Source: Phaeosaccion multiseriatum (taxonomy: Eukaryota > Protista > Ochrophyta, other classes). From it: a stretch of DNA of 64,000 nucleotides. A program made the position numbers and the translations under genes. The stretch's first letter is position 1. Each line of letters starts with the position of its first letter. The stretch is taken from assembly GCA_965112735.1 (NCBI GenBank), contig OZ218952.1, forward strand, positions 4,154,001-4,218,000, given 5' to 3'. Below, one piece after another: positions 45,860 to 63,789 of the stretch. The notes under the pieces were generated by a model. That model saw only the letters and a program-made list of their open reading frames with translations. It was not told the origin of the DNA and did not search any database.

Positions 45860-46693
45860 TCAGGCCTTGGTAAACACGAGGGTGGAGGCCTGGCCGTGCA
45901 CGTCAAGAAGAGGCTGGCAGTTCTCCTTGTACCAGTCCTGGAACTTGCCCTCCTCGGCAAGCTTGGTGACGTCCTCCACGGCCTTTTGCACCTCTTGTTT
46001 GGGGGAGAGAGCCCAGTCGCTGATCTGGTTGCGTCCCTCTTCGCTCACCATAAACACCGGGTCCGTAAAGTCTTCCAACCTGATAAGGGTCTCCTTGTGC
46101 AAGTAGGCGATCTTCTTGGTGAGCTCAGTACCCACGGCCATCTCGCAGAGGCGTTCGTTGCTGACAAGGCGGGCGTGCATGTTCTCGAACGCCACGGGAA
46201 GAAACTTGAGGTACCAGTAGGTCTGCAGCTGGTCGGGCTCGCAGTGGTTGATGATGACCTGCCCGCCCTTCTTCACTACGCGTGCCGCCTCCTGGACAAA
46301 CTTTGAAATGCCCTCGTCTCCAAAGTGGTGCAGCGCCATGGTGCAGGTAACGGCGGTGAAGGTTTCGTCTGGGAACGGGAGGTCCTGTGCAAAACCTTTC
46401 TGAACTTCGATGTTCGTCAGACCACCCTTCTCAATCTTCTGCTTGAGCTGTGCAATCATGCCCTCATTCAGCTCAACGCATTGCACGCTCGCGCATATCT
46501 TGGAGACGGGAATGGTGTAGTTGCCAGTGCCGCACGCGACGTCCAGAATGTGGTGCTCCCCTGCGAAAGGAGAGTCTGCGAGTGCCGATTTAATATCCTC
46601 CACGCCTACCGGCGTACGAGTGCGGTCGTATACCTTCGACACGGTGTTGTAGTCTTCATACTGCGGCCTCACCACTTCTGTACCCACTACCAT
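45860..46693 (-). CDS. Intronless class I SAM-dependent methyltransferase (Methyltransf_11/UbiE-like)
   Basis: 277-aa ORF from MVVGTEV; motif I ILDVACGTGN, VELNEGM, AQDLPFPDETFTAV..MALHH, EAARVVKKGG. Confidence 0.9.
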   Translation of the reverse strand: MVVGTEVVRPQYEDYNTVSKVYDRTRTPVGVEDIKSALADSPFAGEHHILDVACGTGNYTIPVSKICASVQCVELNEGMIAQLKQKIEKGGLTNIEVQKGFAQDLPFPDETFTAVTCTMALHHFGDEGISKFVQEAARVVKKGGQVIINHCEPDQLQTYWYLKFLPVAFENMHARLVSNERLCEMAVGTELTKKIAYLHKETLIRLEDFTDPVFMVSEEGRNQISDWALSPKQEVQKAVEDVTKLAEEGKFQDWYKENCQPLLDVHGQASTLVFTKA

Positions 46694-46874
46694 GTTGTGC
46701 TTGCTTGTATAAATGATCTGAACGAAAGGCCAAGTTGCTGGACCAACTGGTGGGAAAAGGGGCCAAAAAAATTCGCAAAAAAAGAAGAACAAAAAAAAAA
46801 AAATGGAGAATTGGGTCAAGGAGAAAGTGTGGGTGGTGCGCTGCGAGTGATTGAGAGCTATTGCCGAAGCTTTT

Positions 46875-47202
46875 CGGCTCGCTCCAGGCGGGGTTTCTCT
46901 GGCTCCTGGCTTCTGGGCCGTAGCTCCCTCCTGGCTTCGGGCTTCTGGCTTCTCAGGCTGGGAGAGAAAAAAAAATTAAAGGGGGGGGGGGAGGGGCTCG
47001 TTTTACTGTCCTGGGCTGCTGGCTTCTGAAGCCATCGGCTCCCAGCAGGGCTTCTCTGGCCCCCCGATAAGCAGAAGCCTGAGGCGGCCTGCGGCCGAAA
47101 GCAAGAAGTCCGGGGCTGGCCTGCGGCCAGAAGCCTGCATAATCTTCTCCCCCCCCCCCTGAGCCCCCCTGAGAAGCCTGGCATCAGCCAGGCAGGGGTC
47201 GA
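46875..47202. repeat. Composite inverted/direct copies of the GGCTTCT/AGAAGCC dispersed repeat, ending in a caggggtcga terminus
   Basis: Matches 5220-5378 in both orientations; many ggcttct then agaagcc motifs; the right end resembles the MITE family terminus. Confidence 0.6.
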
Positions 47203-47326
47203 GGAGTTGGCTGGTGCTAGCTACTAAGGACCTGGTACCGAGCGCCGAGCTGATGAGGAGCGAGGGCTCTCCCTCACCTAACAGCTTCTACTCGAGATAT
47301 TTTCTGTCAGTGACCTACCTTCCATT

Positions 47327-47570
47327 CCCTGGACAAGGTTATCTGATTACTGATTACGGCCGGCGCAGCCGGCCTGATTACTGATTATGGCGCCAGCCGG
47401 ACCTGATTACTGATTATGGCCGGCGCCAGCCGGGTCTGATCATGATTGGCGCCAGCCGGCCTGATTACTGATTATGACCGGCGCTAGCCGGCCTGATTAC
47501 TGATTATTGGCGCCGGCCGGCCTGATTACTGATTATGGCCGGCGCACACTGTAACCTTGTCCAGGGTCGA
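47327..47570. mobile_element. MITE with internal ~30-bp tandem array, TCGRCCCCTG-related family
   Basis: Perfect 15-bp inverted repeat ccctggacaaggtta (47327-47341) / taaccttgtccaggg (47552-47566) followed by tcga; about 7 units of ctgattactgattatggccggcgccagccggc. Left tip eroded. Confidence 0.8.
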
Positions 47571-48120
47571 TGCCAGGAGGGCAGCAAAGTCGAGTAAAGC
47601 AGAATTTAGAGCTACATCTTCCCATTGACTTACTGTACTGTACAGATGGCACGTGTAGCACCACTTCTCCTTCCTCGTTACTTTTAGACAATCATAGATG
47701 GCACCGAAGGGTGTAATATACAAACATCTCTCTCTCTCCCTCCCTCTGTCGCTCCCTCTTGGGATGGGATCTCTTAATCGCTTGGATCTCCTCTGCTCCC
47801 GTTTTCTCACCTTCCAGCCGTAGAAGTTTTTCTTCTATCGCAGCGGAATGAGCGGGTTGGATCCTGCCAGCGGGGCCAAACAAGTGAGTGGAGTGTTTGA
47901 TCATCTTGCGACGGCTGCTTTGCGTTTTGAGCCTTGCCCCACCACCACCAAAACTACTCGTCCTGTAGCACCTCGCCATGCCATCGTTGCGTAACCCTGA
48001 CCTGCTCCTCACCTCTTTCTTTATAAGGAGGGACTCATACCGCCGCTGCAAGAGGATAGGGGGAGGGGAGGCGCGCAGGGGGGAACGGATGAGGGAATCG
48101 CAGCAGCAGCAGCGAAAGCG

Positions 48121-48151
<31 letters not shown>

Positions 48152-48291
48152 GAGGAGGAGTAGGAGGAGGAGGAGGAGGAGGAGGAGGAGGAGGAGGAGG
48201 AGGAGGAGGAGGAGGAGGAGGAGGAGGAGGAGGAGGTGGTGGTGGTGTGCGTGGTGGCCTCACCAGCAATCGCCGTAGGTACAGGTCGAGA

Positions 48292-48654
48292 ATGCCGCTA
48301 GAGTCCACCATTGACGCACAGGCGCCTCAGGTAAGAGGGGAAAAGGCGCAAAAGGCCACGCATGGGAGGGGACTCTCGCCCGCCAAGGGTTACTTCAGAA
48401 TAGTGCATCCATTGGGGGGGGGGGGGGGGATGAGTCCCCGATCCATAGGTGTAATGAAGCACCCCTTCCCTATTCCCTCCCACCCTCGTCCCCTCTCTCC
48501 ATCTCCCCTATCCACTGCCATCCCCCTTAGGTGAAGCTGGACATCGTGCGCATGATCGTGCAGTATCTCAACGGGGAGCGCTTCTTCACCAGTGCGATGG
48601 TGCTGCAGGACGAGGTCGGCATGAGGCAGGCAGAGCAGCAGGTAGGTGTGTGTG

Positions 48655-48689
<35 letters not shown>

Positions 48690-49607
48690 GCGGGCGCTGC
48701 GTTGTGGCCCCTTGCCAGGCATGTCGCCCCTTGGTAAGGGAAGGGGTCTACTGAGTATTGGGGGACTCTTACATATGCGTCTCCTGCATTTATCCTCGTT
48801 GCCCCAGGGCAGGGCAGGGCAGGGTAGGGCCCATATCTCACGAATAGACCAAACATCTTCGCTTTGCTTTTTTTGTCTTGCACATTGTATTATACTGCAC
48901 TACAGTCTCGCCGGCAGCAGAGCAAACGTTTCAGAAAAGCTATTCTGGAGGGCGACTGGGAACAGGTGAGCCCCCAGCCTTCCTTCCCTGCTGTACCCCT
49001 ACTTCGAGTGCTTAGTGTCCGGACCTGCTCTTATTAGCACCCTGATATCCGCCCCTCTCCCCTCCCCTCCCCTCCCCTCCTCACTACAACTACAACTGCA
49101 ACCTCTCGCTGTGTGCGTGTTGTTTTTAGGCTTCGCAGCTGGTGACTAAGACTCTGCCCCGTAGCCTGCAGAAGAGCTACAAGTAAGCTTCGAGATGATG
49201 ACACCTCTCCCTGCCCCGTCTACCCTTACCTCCGACCCTAACCTCTACCCTTGTCCCTACCGTACCCATCCACATGCGCCTCCCTCCCTCCAACCCTCCA
49301 ATCCAACCCAAACTATCCAACCCAACCCAACCCAACCCAACCCAACCCAACCCAACCCAACCCAATCCAACCTAACCCAACTCAACCCAGATACACCCTG
49401 TACCGCCAGGAGTTCCTGGAACTTATTGAGCGACAAGAGTCCCAGAAGGCCTTCGCCTTCCTCAACCGCTACCTCAAGCCAATGGAAGCAACATGCTCTT
49501 CCAACCCGGAGGAGTTTCGCTCGCTCTGCTACCTGCTTACCTGCAAGACGGTGTCCTCCTCCGACTACTTTAGCAGGTGGGTGCGCCTCCTCCTCCTACT
49601 ACTACGC

Positions 49608-49686
<79 letters not shown>

Positions 49687-49736
49687 CACTGCTACTTCTA
49701 TTACTCATACTAGTACTACTACTACTACTACTATTA

Positions 49737-49775
<39 letters not shown>

Positions 49776-49795
49776 AACTTCTACTAAAACTACTG

Positions 49796-49828
<33 letters not shown>

Positions 49829-50291
49829 AAGCTTCTACTAAAACTACTGCTACTACTACCACCTAAGTGCAACTCGTTCCCTCTGTGCCTCCCTCTCCCC
49901 ACTCCCTAACGTGCATCCAACGGTCTGTCCATAATTCCTGCCTGTCTGCCTGCCTGCCTGCCTGCCGATCAGGTGGTCGGGTGTGATGGCGAGTCGCGAG
50001 GAGCTGGCAGAGGAGTGCTGTCGCGTCATCGAGATGGACCACCCCACCAGCATCAGCAGCGGTGGCAACAGCGCAGGCAGCAGCGGCACCACAAACGGAA
50101 GCAACAACAACAACACGAACGGACACAGCAGCAGCGGCAGTGGTAGTGGTGGTGTTGGCCGGCTGGAGCCCCACACGCAGGGCCAGGCAGCCAGCAATAC
50201 CCCCTTGCCGCCCAACCGCCTCCTTACACTGCTCGAGCAGGCGCTGGCCTACCAAATAGAGTTCAACAGGTGATTTTCCTTGGTACTGCTA

Positions 50292-50325
<34 letters not shown>

Positions 50326-53300
50326 GGCTTCTAATGCTGCCCTCGACGGTCGGCCCGATGTTCTCCGTGTGTCTCCGTGTGTCTCATCCCCTCTCTCTCT
50401 CCCCTCTCTTGTTCTCTGCTTCTCAACCCCCCCCTGCCCCACCGCCTCTCCCTGCTCCCCGGTCAGATATCACCCCAAGTTGGTACCCGTGGTTGGGTCC
50501 CTCGCCACAGACTTCCGCTGCGTGGCGGTACCCAACTGTGAGAGGGACTGCTTCGTGGTCAGCAGCAGAGGCGTGGAGACGATGGAGGAAGGGAGGCATC
50601 AGCAGCAGCAGCAGCAACATCAGCAGCAGCAGTTGGTGATACAACAGCAGTTGGTGACACAGCAAACTGGGGCGGCAACTGGAGGGCCTGTGGTAACTCT
50701 AGAGGAGATGGCAGCGGGAGGAGGGCAAGGAGGAGGCGGGGGCGCGCTCAAGTGCGTGGAGTGGGTGGGCGAGGAGGGGTACCTTCTGGCAGCGGGGGGC
50801 ATGGACGGTTACGTGCACTTTTGGACAGCCAATCCGGGAGTGGAGACCGGTCTAGATATTGAGGTGCGTCCATACTCTATCGGCCTGTATTTTATCGTGG
50901 ATGCTTGGATGTGGCCGGATGCGTGTGCCTGTGCGGATCACCGCGGAGCAGATCGGTCAGGCGGACGTGTGTGCGTTTGTGTGTGTGTGTGTGTGTGTGC
51001 GTGTGCGTGTACGTGTGCGTGTGCGTGTGCGTGTGTGTGTGTGTGTGTGCGTGGGCGTGTGTATGTGTGTGTGCATGTGCGTGTGCGTGTGTGTGGGCGT
51101 GGGCGTGTGCGTTGGCGTGTGCGCTGTCCTCATGCTCAAGCCTCTTCTCCCTCATCTCCCCTCTCCTCCCTCTCCCCCCTCATTGCCAATCGCTGCTCTC
51201 TCCCTCTCCCTTTCTTTCTCTCTCTCCCTCCCTCCGTCCCTCCCTCCCTCCCTCCCTCCCTCCCTCCCTCCCTCCCTGATGACTGAACAGGGCCGAGACC
51301 ACGAGTCCGGGCGTGTGAGTGCCCCCTGCCTGTCCCTGTGCTTCGGCAGCAAGGTGTGGGATGTGAGCTGCAACACCATGGGGGACAAGATCGCTGCAGG
51401 AGGAGCCGACGGAAGCGTCAAGGTCAGTCACTCTCTTCTCTCTCCTCTTCTGTCTTCTTCGTCCTGATGATTTCTCTCTCTCTCCGTTTCTCTCTCCTAC
51501 GCATCATCTAGAGGAGGCTCGTGCTGTCAGCAGTCAACCCTGCCCCACGTTCCTCAACCCTCAATCCTCCTCACAACTCCTTACATCCCTGCTTTCATGT
51601 CCCCTCTCTCCTCTGTGTTGGTGTTGTTGCTGTTGTCGTATATGCCATCCATCCATTGTCATCCATCCACTGCCATCCACCCCCTTGGCAGATCTGGTCT
51701 TTGCCCTCCTGCGCTTCCCTCGCGGAGACGGAGAGGGCCGGAGAGGACCCGTTAGCGGCGCTGAGGAGCCTGTCCTCCTCCTCCTCCACGCCGGCGGTCG
51801 GTGGTAGCAGCAGCGAGGCACAGGAGTTGGCAATACAGCAACAGGCGCCGCACACCAGGCACTTCCACCACGGGAATCAGGGTCAGGACGTTTACTGTGT
51901 TGCCTGGCACCCCTCGCAGGTACGTCAAGCTCTCTCTCTTGTCCCTCCCTCTCTCTTTGAATCTCTCTCCGTCTCTCTCACTTTCTCTCTCTCTCTCTCT
52001 GTGCCCCCACTCTCCCTCTCACACACACCTTTCCCTCCTCGTATGCATACAACCCAGCGCCAAGTGATTAGCGCAGGGAACGATCGTGCCGTGCGCATAT
52101 GGGATGTGGAGACCAGCCAGGAGCTCAAGGTAACGAATTGAAGGAGGAACGTGGGCAGCGCAGGGGGCCCTCAGAGGGCTCTCAGAGGGCTCTGAGGTTT
52201 CTGTGGTTGTCGTGCTTGTCCCCAACCTATTCTATTGTGTATTGTGCGTAGTGGAAGTGCTTTGAAACTACCAGTGGGGGCGGGGGGGAAAGGCTCATGC
52301 CCATCCCGAGTCATGACTCTCATCCCCATCCACTGCCATCCGCCGATGTCTCTCTTTCTCTCTCCCGACTACACACACATACACGCGCACACCCACACAC
52401 ACTTAGTCCTTCGTGAAGCACGACGGAAGTGTCCTGCACGTGGCGTCCAACAAGCACGGCAACTTGCTTGCCTCCGCCGCTAGAGACAGCACTATTCGGT
52501 AGGGAGGGGAGGGGGGGTGTGGAAGGCACAGCACCTTTCGGTAGAGAGGGGAGGGGAGGGGAGGGAGCGTGTTGAGCGTTGCCATCCGCGCATGTATGTA
52601 CCCTCCCTTTCTCTTGTCCATCTCTTTCTCTATCTGCCTCTCTCTTTTCGTGCATTTTGGTTCCAGCTGATGAGGCGCGTCATGCCCGCTCACAGCCACA
52701 CAATTCCCTGCCGCTGTTGCCTCTCCTCCTTTTCCTTCTCCTCCCCCCCCCCCCTCCTCCTCCTCCTGCTCCTCCTCCTCCTCCTCCCTCCCCTCCCCCG
52801 CCCCACCCCCCCCCCCCCAAAACTAGCTTCTGGGACATGCTGAGTGGTGTGTGCGTCAGCACCCTCTCCCACCCCCTCGGGGCCGTCCGCTCTGTGGCCT
52901 ACTCCCGAGACGGGCTGTACTTGCTCTCGAGCTGTAGGCACGGGGCTGCTCGTCTGTGGGACATGCGTATGCGGAGGGTGGTGCAGCGCTACAAGGTACA
53001 TGAGGCAGGGTAGAGGTATATCGGCACAGAAGTTGGTGATACAGGGCAGGGCAGAGCAGGGAAAGGCAGGGAAGGGTAGGTAGATGAGTCGGTCCGTCGG
53101 TCAGTCGGTCAATCACATCAGTCAATCACGTCTGCCGGTTATGACTCACTGTGGAAATGTGCCTCCCGTTTCCTCCTTTCCCCCTCCTTTGCCCTCCCGT
53201 TGCCCTCGTGTTTTCCAACACCCCCCGTGTGTGCATCTCTGCTGTGTATCTATACTCTCTGTATCTACTCTATCTACACGTGTATCTGACTGTGTATGTG

Positions 53301-53326
53301 TGTCTGACTGTCCGTGGGTGGGTGTG

Positions 53327-53360
<34 letters not shown>

Positions 53361-53808
53361 TGATTAGGGCCAGCTGAATACGTCGAGTTCCTTCCTGCGG
53401 GCGAACTTCGGAGGAGACGACGAGCTCGTGGTGGGGGGAAGCGACGATGGAGCCATCTGCGTGTGGGACACGTGAGTCAGTCAATCAGTCAGTCCAGAGA
53501 GAGAGATATAGCCCTACTCCCCCTCTGCTTAACCCCTCTCCCTCCCTGCTCCCCCCCTTGCTGGACCCTTTGCTTGACCCCTACCTACCCAACCCCAAAG
53601 GCGGAGTGGCGGTTTGCTGGAGCGTCTGCGTGGGCATGTGGGTGCGGCCTACCGAGGGGCGTGGAACGCTCCACAGGGGCTGTTGGCGTCGTGTTCGGAG
53701 GACGGAACGGTCCGCACATGGTGGTGGGAGGACGAGAGCGACGAGGGAGAGGATGGGAGGAGAAACAAGGAGGAGGGGGAGGAGGAGGGGGGGAGCGCCA
53801 GGACTTGA
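48292..53808 (+). CDS. LisH-CTLH-WD40 protein, WDR26/GID7-like (start uncertain)
   Basis: LisH DIVRMIVQYLNGERFFTSAMVLQDE; CTLH FRKAILEGDWE..YRQEFLELIE; LPPNRLLTLLEQALAYQ..SLATDFRC; WD repeats ending FLRANFGGDDELVVGGSDDGAICVWD and LRGHVG..WNAPQGLLASCSEDGTVRTW. Confidence 0.8.
49597..49860. repeat. (CTA)n intronic microsatellite; (CCCAA)n at 49315-49390
   Basis: Direct reading. Confidence 0.95.
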
Positions 53809-54375
53809 AAATAAAAATGAGAGGGTTTTGAACCCTTCCTCGCACTGACCGAGAGGGACTGACTCAGAGGGACTGAGTGAGAGGGGTTGGGTGCGGACGG
53901 ATCCGTGCGGTAGAGGAGGGGAGGCAATGCGACACAAAAGCCAGTGCTAGTGCCAGTGCTTGCCTCCCGTAGTGCAGTCTTTGCCTCCCCGAAGTGGCCA
54001 AGGGGGTGAGGTGTTACTAAATCAACAGTTTTCGACGCATATATATGAGTACTTAATTACATCACCCCCAAGAGTGTTGATATATCCCACCCACACCAAC
54101 CACGCCACGGTATCTCGCCTGCTCGACAGAGCTTCTCGGGCGTCGGGTAGGGGCAGCAGACACCACAGCTTCACCATCAGCAGCAGGGCTCTACTCACAC
54201 GGCGAGACAGACAGACAGACAGACAAGACGCGTCCCCGGTCCAGAAGCGGGCCCGAAAGGGTGGCCTGGCCAGCCATGATTCCTCCCGAGGGAAAATGAG
54301 CTACTCCCAGGAAATGCACAGACAGACAAGCCCCAGCCGCGACAGGATGGGAAGCCAAACACAACCCGGGTGTGT

Positions 54376-56283
54376 CTAATTCCCTCCACCGACCCGCATC
54401 ACCACCCTCCCCGGGTTGTGCTCATCTTCCCATACTTCGAGGCCCTGCCTCTCCTGCAAATAGGCCAGCACCACGGGCTTGAGAACGCTGACGCCGTCCT
54501 CGCTGCCTCGGCCCCGGCCTGTGATGACTTTGATCTCACCCTCCACCTTCTCCACTGAGAGCACGTGACGAAGCGCTGCCTTGCTCATTCCCTGGGTGAA
54601 TTCGTGCAAGTCCATCTTCCTCCCAGGTTCGAGCCAGTGTGTGAAGACCCCTTGCGACACGGCCTCAGAGTACACCTCGTCAGCAGCCTCCTCGTCGCCA
54701 CCGTCCTGCAAAGCGTCAACGGTAGCGCTGTAGGTGATCTGATTGGGGGCAAGTCCTTTGTCCTTCATCTCTTTGAAGAGCTTCAGGGCCTCCACGTGGT
54801 TGTTGCCGTTGCTACACGCAGTGATGGCTGCACTGTAGCTGATCACATCTGGCATGAGTCCTGCCGCCTCCATCTCTTTGAATAGCCTCAGGGCCTCCAC
54901 GTGGTTGTTGCCGTTGCCACATGCAGTAATGGCTGCGTTATAGCTGATCGCATTTGGCCTGAGCCCTATCGCCTTCATCTCGTTGAAGAGCCTCAGGGCC
55001 TCCAGGTGGTTGTTGTCGTTGCCGCATGCAGTGATGGCCGCACTATAGCTGATCACATTTGGTCGGAGTCCTACCACCTTCATCTCACTGAGGAGATTCA
55101 GGGCCTCCACGTGGTTGTTGTCGTTGCCACATGCAGTGATGGCTGCACTATAGCTGATCACATTTGGCCGGAGTCCTGTCGCCTTCATCTCGTTGAATAG
55201 CCTCAGGGCCTCCAGGTGGTTGTTGTCGTTGCCGCATGCAGTGATGGCCGCACTATAGCTGATCACATTTGGCGTGAGCCCTACCGCCTTCATCTCATTG
55301 AAGAGCTTCAGGGCCTCAATGTGGTTGTTGCCGTTGCCACATGCGGTGATGGCTGCATTGTAGCTGATCACACCAGGCTTGAGTCCTACCACCTTCATCT
55401 CATTGAAGAGCTTGAGGGCCTCCACGTGGTTGTTGCCGTTCCCACATGCAGTGATGGCTGCATTGAAGCTGATCACATTTGGCCTGAGTCCTACCGCCTT
55501 CATCTCCTTGAAGAGCTTCAGGGCCTCCACGTGGTTGTCGTTGCCGCATGCAGTGATGGCTGCACTAAAGCTGATCACATCAGGCTTGAGTCCAACCCCC
55601 TTCATCTCCTTGAAGAGCTTCAGGGCCTGTGTACTTTCGCCAGCTCTGCTACACGCCGTGATGATAGTGCTGTAGGTCCTCTCGTTAGGAGCGATTCCTA
55701 CCGCCCTCATCTCATTGAAGAGCTTCAGGGCCTCAACTTCGTTGTTGTCGTTGGCACACGCAGTAATAGCGGTATTGAAGCTGATAACATCTGGCTTGAG
55801 TCCTACCTCCTTCATATCCCTGAGCAGCCGCAAGGCCTCCACGTGGTTCTTGCCGTTGGCACAAGCTGTAATGACTGAGTTATAACTGATCACACTCGGC
55901 TCAAGGCCTTCCTTCTTCATCTCTTCCAGAAGTTTCAAAGCGCCCTTCCACCGCCCGCACTTCCCAATCGCGGAAATGGCGGCATTGAGACAGTACAGAT
56001 CGGGCTGCAGGCCCTCTCGCCGTGCGCGTTCCAGAGTAGGCGCGACCCTCTTCCAGTCCTTGCTTGCACCCAGAGCTTGGATCTCCCTCATGAGCTGCAT
56101 CTGCCTCGCCTTGTCGCCCCCCCGCCGTCCCCCATTCGAGTAGCAGGACCATTGTGGGCATTGTGGAAGGGAGAGCGCAGTCTCTACCCTACGTTGCGCC
56201 GCGGTGCTTCTTGACGGTCTTGCCCTCCTGCCAATGCAGGTCCTGACCACCCTCCTCAACGACATCACTCGCATCATCAGCAT
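54376..56283 (-). CDS. Intronless P-type PPR protein with C-terminal Smr domain (PPR-Smr B), probably mitochondrial
   Basis: Same N-terminus as A; about 14 PPR motifs (one of 34 aa); Smr motifs MDLH and canonical VITGRGRGS. Confidence 0.93.
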   Translation of the reverse strand: MLMMRVMSLRRVVRTCIGRRARPSRSTAAQRRVETALSLPQCPQWSCYSNGGRRGGDKARQMQLMREIQALGASKDWKRVAPTLERARREGLQPDLYCLNAAISAIGKCGRWKGALKLLEEMKKEGLEPSVISYNSVITACANGKNHVEALRLLRDMKEVGLKPDVISFNTAITACANDNNEVEALKLFNEMRAVGIAPNERTYSTIITACSRAGESTQALKLFKEMKGVGLKPDVISFSAAITACGNDNHVEALKLFKEMKAVGLRPNVISFNAAITACGNGNNHVEALKLFNEMKVVGLKPGVISYNAAITACGNGNNHIEALKLFNEMKAVGLTPNVISYSAAITACGNDNNHLEALRLFNEMKATGLRPNVISYSAAITACGNDNNHVEALNLLSEMKVVGLRPNVISYSAAITACGNDNNHLEALRLFNEMKAIGLRPNAISYNAAITACGNGNNHVEALRLFKEMEAAGLMPDVISYSAAITACSNGNNHVEALKLFKEMKDKGLAPNQITYSATVDALQDGGDEEAADEVYSEAVSQGVFTHWLEPGRKMDLHEFTQGMSKAALRHVLSVEKVEGEIKVITGRGRGSEDGVSVLKPVVLAYLQERQGLEVWEDEHNPGRVVMRVGGGN

Positions 56284-56538
56284 GATGATGATCGCCCTCA
56301 CGATACGCAGTACGATACGCGTACGCAATCATGGTAATGAAGCTTTTATTTGGGTCCAATTGGCGACGATTGTAATTCTTTTTTATTTTATTTTGAGGCT
56401 TGAGCGAAGGCTGGGAGGAAACAAAGCCAACAAAACCCTTGCATCGACCTCATGAGGAGAAAGTGAAGGAAACCGTAGGTTCCACACTCTCCACACGCAC
56501 ACACATCCTCACGCGCACACCACGACCGACCCACATCT

Positions 56539-56744
56539 TCGACCCCTGACACGCTATCCGCTAACGCTATCGCCGGCGCCAGCCGGCACGCTATCCGCTA
56601 TCTCCGGCGCGCTATCCGCTATCGGCCGGCGCCAGCCGGCACGCTATCCGCTATCGGCCGGCGCCAGCCGGCACGCTATCCGCTATTGGCCGGCGGCCGA
56701 TAGCGCGCTATCGAGAATGTGAGCGATAGCGTGTCAGGGGTCGA
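56539..56744. mobile_element. 206-bp MITE, TCGRCCCCTG family
   Basis: Perfect 20-bp TIR tcgacccctgacacgctatc / gatagcgtgtcaggggtcga; perfect 6-bp TSD acatct at 56533-56538 and 56745-56750; internal units acgctatccgctatcggccggcgccagccggc. Confidence 0.92.
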
Positions 56745-57283
56745 ACATCTAAGATCTTACTGATTAATTCCCCTTCCTTTATTGTTTGCCGTATCCTCCT
56801 CCCAGTCCTTTGTTTACTAATAAATTATAAAAATAAAAAGAAGCCACAGCTAAAATCAGCTAATGCTTACCCTCTCCCCCTCCTCTCCTCCACCACCCCA
56901 CACATAAATATCCCCCCCGCCCTATAGCAACCCTGTAGTAAGTGGTGCAACATTCAGCCTCCTACCCCCCCTCCCCTCCCTCCCCATTTCAAAACACAGC
57001 ACAGAGCACAACGTCCAAACTTCTCCTCAGAAGGAAAGAGCGCGGAGAGGCGCGAGACAAGGCAAAATAAAAGCAAGCAAACACCCCTCTAATTCATTCA
57101 TTCCCCCCCACAAGTACAAAAAACTCCACATCCCTCCCTCTTTCCCCATCCACGGTAATCAATCATCCACGACACACCTCGTCTCTCCCTCCCATCTTCC
57201 CCGTCCCCCTCCCCCCACCTCACTCTCTAGTAGCGCCATTAGATGGCAGATAGCAGGCAGACAAGGACTTGAGATGGACGCGC

Positions 57284-63789
<6,506 letters not shown>

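Noticed and set aside
46694-46819. Hydrophobic N-terminal extension of the methyltransferase ORF
   Set aside because: Non-ATG start; the poly-Phe comes from T-rich upstream sequence.
47341-47548. Regular ~30-bp repeats resembling a CRISPR array (also 56550-56700)
   Set aside because: No unique spacers, no cas genes, eukaryotic context, and both are enclosed by TIRs.
47978-48163. Poly-Q ORF upstream of the WDR26-like gene
   Set aside because: Stops inside the (GGA)n tract and is out of frame with the LisH exons; may be a uORF or reflect an indel error, which cannot be resolved here.
49195-49909. Poly-Y, poly-L and poly-T ORFs
   Set aside because: Translations of intronic (CTA)n and (CCCAA)n microsatellites.
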